DNA of 32,000 nt. Source: Pirellula staleyi DSM 6068 (GTDB taxonomy: Bacteria > Planctomycetota > Planctomycetia > Pirellulales > Pirellulaceae). How positions within the stretch are numbered: the first letter of the stretch is position 1; each line of letters opens with the position of its first letter. The notes beneath the pieces were generated by a model. It was not told where the DNA came from and made no database searches. It was given only the letters and a program-made list of their open reading frames with translations. The position numbers and the translations under genes are program-made. Of this stretch, positions 9,401-15,304 are shown in pieces. The stretch is from the NCBI GenBank assembly GCA_000025185.1, contig CP001848.1:270001-302000 (forward strand). Reading direction: 5' to 3'.

Positions 9401-10318
9401 CTAAGCGTCGTCGACACGCATCCACTCACCGCGAAGCTCGTCGCTGGTGGCAAACGTAATCAGCAGCTGCGCGAGCATTCCAATCGCTTCAGCATTGTCG
9501 GACGACGCCGCGAACAGCGAGCTCTCCGAATCGAAGCTCAGTTCCTTCCGAAGCGGGTGCTTCACCTTCTTGAGATACCGCTCGAGGGCCGTCTCCAAGG
9601 CATAAGCCGTCACCTCCTGATCTTCTTCGGCGAAGGCTGGCGTTGAGAACGGCTCGAAATCGTCGGTCGACAGCGAAAAGCTTCCATCCTCGCGGATCGA
9701 CAGCTGCATCGCCACGTTCGTCTGCGAAACGCTCGATTCCTCCGCATCGTCATCCTCACTTTCGTCCTCCTCCTCCAACGGCTCTACTGCGGCCTCTTTA
9801 CCAACGAGATTGGCGAGGCATTTGTCGAGATACTTGGCCAGTGCGCTGCCAAGTTCCACCGGATGTTTCTTCTCGGCTGCTTTCATCGCCGTATCGAGCG
9901 CCGCCTGACTCGGAAACGAAACCTCGATTGTCCGCGCGAGCGAGTCCTTACGCCACATAAACTCGGGCATCTCGCTGGCCGACTTCAGAATCACGGCCAT
10001 ATCGGCTTCGACGTTTTTCACAAACGCCTCGCGCGAATCGGCTGGAACCTTCTTTTGCACCCGCGCGAGCCAGTCCTTCACCTGGGTCTGCCACTCAGCT
10101 GCTTCGATCTTGTAGAGACCGAATAAATCCATCGTCTCCCCTTTGCACAGCTTGGCCAGTGCGTGGATCGCCCCGAGCGCGAACTCGTCGACCGTTTTGC
10201 TCGTCTTCAGGGCACCGACCGATGTTCGCACCCGTTTCACCGCGTCCGACACCACGATTCCAAACGCCATCGAGCTGTCGTATCCCGTATGCAACTCGGC
10301 TCCCACCTTTTTCGCCAT
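9401..10318 (-). CDS. hypothetical protein (two helical domains joined by a poly-acidic linker)
   Basis: Track ORF 9401..10435; I favour ATG 10318 (MAKKVGAELHTGY...), with ATG 10360 possible. There is no recognisable family. An acidic run EPLEEEDESEDDDAEE separates the N- and C-terminal parts. It is transcribed divergently from argS. Confidence 0.65.
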   Translation of the reverse strand: MAKKVGAELHTGYDSSMAFGIVVSDAVKRVRTSVGALKTSKTVDEFALGAIHALAKLCKGETMDLFGLYKIEAAEWQTQVKDWLARVQKKVPADSREAFVKNVEADMAVILKSASEMPEFMWRKDSLARTIEVSFPSQAALDTAMKAAEKKHPVELGSALAKYLDKCLANLVGKEAAVEPLEEEDESEDDDAEESSVSQTNVAMQLSIREDGSFSLSTDDFEPFSTPAFAEEDQEVTAYALETALERYLKKVKHPLRKELSFDSESSLFAASSDNAEAIGMLAQLLITFATSDELRGEWMRVDDA

Positions 10319-10463
10319 CGAAAAATCTCCCGTTGCTGATCGATTCCGAACCACCCTCATCGCCTGTCGACTCAACCATTTACCCTCGCCACTCGCTGAG
10401 CATTCTCGACTATCATAGGTGGCTGTTCCAGACAAACTTTTTCAGCAGCGACACGCGCCTCCC

Positions 10464-12419
10464 ATGAACCTGATCGAGCTCCTTCGCCAGCGTTTTGCAG
10501 TTTCTCTGGCCACGATCGATAGCGACACCGCGCCGCTGCTGGCGATGATCCGCCCGTCGCAAGATGCCAAGTTTGGCGACTACCAAGCCAACTTCGCCAT
10601 GCCGCTGAAAGCCAAGCTCGGCAAAGCTCCACAGCAGATCGCCGCCGACGTGATCGCCGCCACCAAGCTCGACGATCTTTGCGAGCCTGCGACCGTCGCT
10701 GGACCGGGGTTCATCAACCTGAAGTTCCGCGACAGCTGGCTCGAAGAGCGATTGAACCTCGCGGTGAGCGATCCTCAATTAGGGATCGCACCGACAGCAC
10801 AGCCACGCACTTATATTGTCGACTTCTCGAGCCCCAATGTCGCCAAGCCGATGCATGTCGGCCATATCCGCTCGACCGTGATTGGCGATTCGCTCTGCAA
10901 GATTCTCCGTGCCCTGGGGCACCATGTGGTGAGCGACAATCACCTCGGCGACTGGGGGACGCAGTTCGGCATGATCATCTACGGCATCAAACACTTTGCC
11001 GATACCCAGGCTTATAAGTCGTCGCCTGTCAAAGAACTCGGCCGGCTCTATAAGCTGGTGCATAAGTTGGTCGACTATCGCGAAAGCCTCGCTGCGATCC
11101 CGACGACGCAAGAGAAGCTCGCCGCGCGCGAAGCGGAACTTGCTACCGCCAGCAATCAGCCACCAAGTGCTGATAAAGCAGTCGCCAAAAAAGCAGCCCA
11201 AGCGCTTGCCAAGCTGCAGCTGCAAGTGAAAGAGCAGCGCGAAGCGCTCGCCGCTCTCCAGAGCAAAATCGCTGCGATGGATGCCGATCCTCTGCTCTCG
11301 AAACTTGTACAGGCGCATCCCACCATCGATGCCGATGTGCTGGCCGAAACAGCTAAGCTGCATGCCGGCGACAGTGAGAATCGCCAGATCTGGCACGAAG
11401 TGTTGCCGTTTTGTCGCGAAGAGATTCAGCGGATTTACAAGCGACTTTCGGTCACCTTCGACGAAGAGCTAGGGGAAAGTTTCTATCACGATCGCCTCGA
11501 AAAAGTGGTCGACGATCTCGCCGCCAAAGGTCTCGCGCGCGAAAGCCAAGGGGCGACTGCAGTCTTCCTCGAAGGCTTCGATGCGCCGATGCTGGTGCGC
11601 AAGCGCGACGGCGCGTTTCTCTACGCCACCACCGATCTCGCGACCATTCAGTATCGCCAAGAGCGATGGAAGCCCGATGCGATTTGGTATGTCGTCGATC
11701 ATCGTCAGTCGGAACATTTCGACAAGCTCTTTATTGCTGCCAAAGCGTGGGGCTACACAAACACCGACCTCACCCACGTGAAGTTTGGCACCGTACTGGG
11801 AGACGACGGCAAGCCGTTCAAAACACGCAGTGGCGACACGGTAGGACTCGACGGTTTGCTCGACGAAGCGATCAGCCGCGCCCTGGCGATTGTGCAGTCC
11901 AGCAGTAGCGATCTTTCGCCCGAAGAGCAGCAGCAAGTGGCTGAACGTGTTGGCATTGGTGCGCTCAAGTATGCCGACTTGTCGCAGAATCGTACGAGCG
12001 ACTACACGTTCAGCTACGACAAGATGCTGCAGATGAACGGCAACACCGCCACGTATATGCAGTACAGCTATGCGCGCGTGCGAAGTATTTTCTCGCGCGG
12101 AAACATCGATATCGCAGCGCTCCGAACGAGTGGAGCACTGATCGCTTTGACTGAACCAGCCGAACGAGCGCTCGGTCTATCGCTGCTGCGGTTCGAAGAA
12201 GCACTTGCCGAAGCTGTTGCCACGGCCATGCCGCATCACTTAACGACGTACCTGTTTGACCTCGCGAAAAGCTACAGCACCTTCTTTGAGAACTGCAAGG
12301 TACTGAAGGCTGACGACGAAGCGACTAAAAACAGCCGACTGCTGCTGTGCGACCTGACGGCTCGCACCATCAAGCACGGCCTCTCGCTTCTGGGTATCGA
12401 CGTCGTCGAGCGGATGTAA
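10464..12419 (+). CDS. argS: arginine--tRNA ligase
   Basis: ATG 10464 (MNLIELLRQRF...). It has the HIGH-type motif PMHVGHIRS, GDWGTQFGM, GIGALKYADLSQNRTSDYTFSYDKML..GNTA.YMQY.YAR, and a C-terminus ...LGIDVVERM (E. coli ArgS ends ...LGIETVERM, from memory). It carries a ~75-aa Ala/Leu/Lys/Gln-rich insertion (see findings). Confidence 0.95.
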   Translation: MNLIELLRQRFAVSLATIDSDTAPLLAMIRPSQDAKFGDYQANFAMPLKAKLGKAPQQIAADVIAATKLDDLCEPATVAGPGFINLKFRDSWLEERLNLAVSDPQLGIAPTAQPRTYIVDFSSPNVAKPMHVGHIRSTVIGDSLCKILRALGHHVVSDNHLGDWGTQFGMIIYGIKHFADTQAYKSSPVKELGRLYKLVHKLVDYRESLAAIPTTQEKLAAREAELATASNQPPSADKAVAKKAAQALAKLQLQVKEQREALAALQSKIAAMDADPLLSKLVQAHPTIDADVLAETAKLHAGDSENRQIWHEVLPFCREEIQRIYKRLSVTFDEELGESFYHDRLEKVVDDLAAKGLARESQGATAVFLEGFDAPMLVRKRDGAFLYATTDLATIQYRQERWKPDAIWYVVDHRQSEHFDKLFIAAKAWGYTNTDLTHVKFGTVLGDDGKPFKTRSGDTVGLDGLLDEAISRALAIVQSSSSDLSPEEQQQVAERVGIGALKYADLSQNRTSDYTFSYDKMLQMNGNTATYMQYSYARVRSIFSRGNIDIAALRTSGALIALTEPAERALGLSLLRFEEALAEAVATAMPHHLTTYLFDLAKSYSTFFENCKVLKADDEATKNSRLLLCDLTARTIKHGLSLLGIDVVERM

Positions 12420-12455
12420 TCGCAGGCACATGTGACGTGGAAGGAGTCTGCCAAG

Positions 12456-13400
12456 ATGCCACGACGGATCGATAAGAGCGCAGCGAAAGCTCCCCTCTCG
12501 GCGAACAGCGCGCCGTCGAACTTGGTGCTGCATGGCGACTGCGAGGAGCATCTAAAAGCATTGCCCGATAGTTTTGTCGATTGCGTCGTGACAAGTCCCC
12601 CGTACTTTCAGCAGCGCGACTACGAAGGGGAATCGGCCCAAGTTGGTCAGGAAGAATCGCCCGCGGAGTACGTCGACCGGCTCACGCGAATCTTTAGTCA
12701 GGTGCAGCGGACCCTCACCGCGCGCGGCACCCTTTGGCTGGTGATTGGCGACAAGTATCAAAACGGCTCGCAGCTCGGCATGCCGTGGCGCGTCGCTCTC
12801 GCGCTGATCGACAGTGGCTGGCGACTTCGGAGCGACTGCATCTGGCACAAACCCAACGCGATGCCCTCCCCGGTGAAGAATCGCCCCACCACCGACCATG
12901 AGTATGTGTTCTTCTTTACTAAGAGCGCCGACTATTTCTACGACGCCGACGCCATTCGCGAGCCCCACGTCACGTTCAGCGAGAATAGCCAAATGCGTGG
13001 TGGTCGCAATCACTTTGGTAAACGTGGCGGCACGCCTGAGGCAGGCAAAAACGGCGGCAGTTCGAACCTGCACGATGGCCGCTGGGATCAGGCGTTTCAT
13101 CCGCTGGGGCGTAATAAACGAACCGTCTGGAGCATTCCCCTCTCAAAGAATCGCGACGCTCATTTCGCGGTCTTTCCCGAGTCGCTAGTGCGGACCTGCA
13201 TTAGCGCTGGTTCGCCTGCTGGTGGACTCGTACTCGATCCTTTTGCCGGAAGTGGCACCACACTGCTGGTGGCACGTGAACTTGGGCGGCGTTATTTGGG
13301 GATCGACTGCGCGAAAGAATACGTCGAGCTCATCGAGCGACGCCTGGCAGCCGAACCGACCTCGAAGAAGTCGACTAAGAAACGCGCGGCAGCGAAATAG
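12456..13400 (+). CDS. site-specific DNA methyltransferase, beta class (N4/N6 family, SPPY motif)
   Basis: ATG 12456 is preceded by AAGGAG with a 9-nt spacer. Catalytic motif IV is DCVVTSPPYF near the N-terminus. WHKPNAMP...DHEYVFFFTK is present, and the SAM motif I (LVLDPFAGSGTTLLVAREL) is near the C-terminus. This is the circularly permuted beta-class order of the N6_N4_Mtase family. Confidence 0.9.
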   Translation: MPRRIDKSAAKAPLSANSAPSNLVLHGDCEEHLKALPDSFVDCVVTSPPYFQQRDYEGESAQVGQEESPAEYVDRLTRIFSQVQRTLTARGTLWLVIGDKYQNGSQLGMPWRVALALIDSGWRLRSDCIWHKPNAMPSPVKNRPTTDHEYVFFFTKSADYFYDADAIREPHVTFSENSQMRGGRNHFGKRGGTPEAGKNGGSSNLHDGRWDQAFHPLGRNKRTVWSIPLSKNRDAHFAVFPESLVRTCISAGSPAGGLVLDPFAGSGTTLLVARELGRRYLGIDCAKEYVELIERRLAAEPTSKKSTKKRAAAK

Positions 13401-13537
13401 CGCCTCGCGAAAAGTGCGAAATGGCTGGCTTACATTACAGCCGGCCCGCAATTGCCAACCAAGGGTCGAGCGCCATCTGGCTTGAGAGCGATCGAAGCGA
13501 TCGCTCGGGCCAACTTCGTGAATTCGCGAGGCTGCTT

Positions 13538-14047
13538 TTAGGTCGCAGCGGGGCGAGTTTCGCGGGCGTAGGTCAGTAGCGAATCTTCGACACGCAATTT
13601 GCGGGTCTGCCCCGGCGCCACAGCGAACATCAGATCTAGGTAGGTCTGAAAACGCTTGGGAACGAGGTGATAGAAGTTGTGCTTCCCGTCGCGACGGCAC
13701 TCGATGATTCCCGCCACTCGCAGCAGCGCCAAGTGATGGCTGACCGCGGGCTGGCTTTGATCGAGCAACTCGCAGAGCGTCCGAACATTGAGTTCTTCGC
13801 GCTGCATCAGGAAGTAGAGGATGCGAAGACGCGTTTCATCGGCCAGCAGCTTAAACAGCTGAACCAGATCGCGAGCCTTCTCATCGGCCAGGAGTTGTAG
13901 TTCGGTCGTGGCGGATTCCTTCGTCTCAGCAGGCATGTTGCCCGCAGCTGCCTGGAGGCTTTCACCTTCTGCAGAGGACGAAGTGGTATCGGACGACGAT
14001 GATTCGGGGTTTTCTTGCAACATTTTTCGCGCGAGTAAAGTAACCAT
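13538..14047 (-). CDS. ArsR/SmtB-family transcriptional regulator with Ser/Thr/Glu-rich N-terminal extension
   Basis: The winged-helix core is LFKLLADETRLRILYFLMQREELNVRTLCELLDQSQPAVSHHLALLRVAGIIECRRDGKHNFY. The track ORF starts at TTG 14098. I favour ATG 14047 (GAGGGA 3 nt upstream) or ATG 14023. Confidence 0.85.
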   Translation of the reverse strand: MVTLLARKMLQENPESSSSDTTSSSAEGESLQAAAGNMPAETKESATTELQLLADEKARDLVQLFKLLADETRLRILYFLMQREELNVRTLCELLDQSQPAVSHHLALLRVAGIIECRRDGKHNFYHLVPKRFQTYLDLMFAVAPGQTRKLRVEDSLLTYARETRPAAT

Positions 14048-14073
14048 AAATCCCTCAAGGCCAGGTTGTCCGT

Positions 14074-14091
14074 CGGTGTTAAACAACACCG
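14074..14091 (-). promoter_or_regulatory. candidate operator / 5'-leader palindrome upstream of the ArsR-family gene
   Basis: CGGTGTT-aaac-AACACCG is a perfect 7-4-7 inverted repeat 27 nt upstream of ATG 14047. It would be inside the coding region only if the unlikely TTG 14098 start were used. Confidence 0.3.
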
Positions 14092-15304
14092 CAGACAATC
14101 TGAGGAAAGTCCATTTTTCTACACAGCCATCTGGCGAGATCTTGTCTCACACCGTGGAAATCCAACTGCGGAACGTCGACTGAGCAGTGAACACTTCTGC
14201 ACCTTTTGTGCCTGAAGTGAATGCTAGCGATTGATTTGCGCACACCCGCCCTAATCGACGGAACAGCCGCAAGCCAGCGACAAGCAAAACGCTTGTGCCA
14301 AGCAGGAGACATGCTTCCGATCGATCGCGACATGCACCGTTGGTACGTAACCGAGCCCCGTCGTGTTTGTGAGTTTTGAGCAAACATGCTCGATTGCCGG
14401 TCGACCTGATGCATTTCAGGGCGACAAGCGCGAGCCGATGGTCAAAAGGACCCCAGCAACGTGCGACTGCTACATAACCAGCGAGCCACATGCCGAGCAT
14501 GGACTTGCTAACAATCGAAATTCCAAAATTCGAAATTTTGGTGGAGAGGAGAACGTTGCCACTGCTTGGCATAGCTCTTTCAGCAACGAGGCGGGCGCAG
14601 AGCGACAGCCCATGACCGAAAGAACTTTGCTTCGCAGATAGCTGCGAGCCAACCATCGAGATGAGATAAGACAACACAGATAAGCGTTAACCGAACCCAA
14701 CCGAAGATGAGTCTTCCACCGATGAGTCGTAGCACAAGCCTCATCTTCCTATCCCCGATTATCGGCTGGCGGTATGGCTTGCCATTGATCAGGAATTGTC
14801 CTTCCATTGTAGTATCAAGCGGGGACCGGAGGAAATAGCCTGCGAAGCGAATAACTAGCGATTTTCCCGCGAATTTCGCTTACTTTCGGTCTCCCGCACG
14901 CTAGCTCCAGGGGTCGTAAATGTCGTAGTCACCGCATGTTTGACCAAGTGTCGGGCAAGCTCCGTTAATCGCCTCGACGGGTAACAGATTTTCCCCAACG
15001 ACTTCTTTTCAAAGGCTAGTAAACCCGAATCAGGGGTGCTAGCAGCGCACTTAACATCGCCGAGTTGCCACCCGCCCATCGGCCCTCTACATTGCGGCTA
15101 AGCGATTTTTGGCACGTCACGACCAATTTCCTGACCGGTTTTTGCGCGAGGCGTCCCAATCGCTTACGACCACGAAATGTTTGCGATAGTTCCACCTGCG
15201 GTGCACAATCTTCTCCCATCTGCACCGTCTGCTCGGCTCGGCTGTCGTCGACATCCGCCCAGCCCCCTCGTTGTCCACCTTCCTCCTCGATCGGGAACAA
15301 AAAA

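Noticed and set aside
14102-14506. RNase P RNA-like signal. GAGGAAAGTCC (14102-14112) equals the universal CR-I/P4 motif. An 8-nt perfect complement, ATGGACTT, lies at 14499-14506. A hairpin (14074-14091) precedes it where P3 would be.
   Set aside because: The other conserved type-A elements are missing at the expected places: ACAGAA..CGGCUUA, the GGUAA/UGAAA J11-12 region and the L15 GGU. The universally bulged P4 uridine would be base-paired here. The sequence is AT-rich, unlike a structural RNA of a GC-rich organism. The 5' part would overlap the ArsR-gene promoter and start. A cmsearch with RF00010 would settle it. I expect no hit.
14147-14677. 176-codon minus-strand ORF considered as a real gene, for example the missing restriction endonuclease for the orphan MTase.
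   Set aside because: It has a GTG start without an SD and only moderate GC3 (about 60% by hand count, against ~75% in argS). It has 10 Cys residues and Ser/Leu/Arg-heavy composition, no nuclease (PD-(D/E)xK, HNH, GIY-YIG) or other motif, and it overlaps two other long frames. I kept it only as part of the pseudogene/ncRNA hypothesis for the whole gap.
15065-15304. N-terminal extensions suggested by the ORF track: SBP from 15065, gltD from 3, DUF1559 gene to 4864, oppD-like from 18894, oppB-like from 17212, hypothetical from 22280, CDGSH gene to 21986, anti-sigma to 24574.
   Set aside because: The extended parts are Cys/Arg/Ser/Pro-rich, lack family similarity or overlap the preceding gene in another frame. 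Each gene has an internal start that yields a canonical N-terminus, often with an SD or start/stop overlap (TAGTG, TAATG, ATGA, ATGGGTAA).
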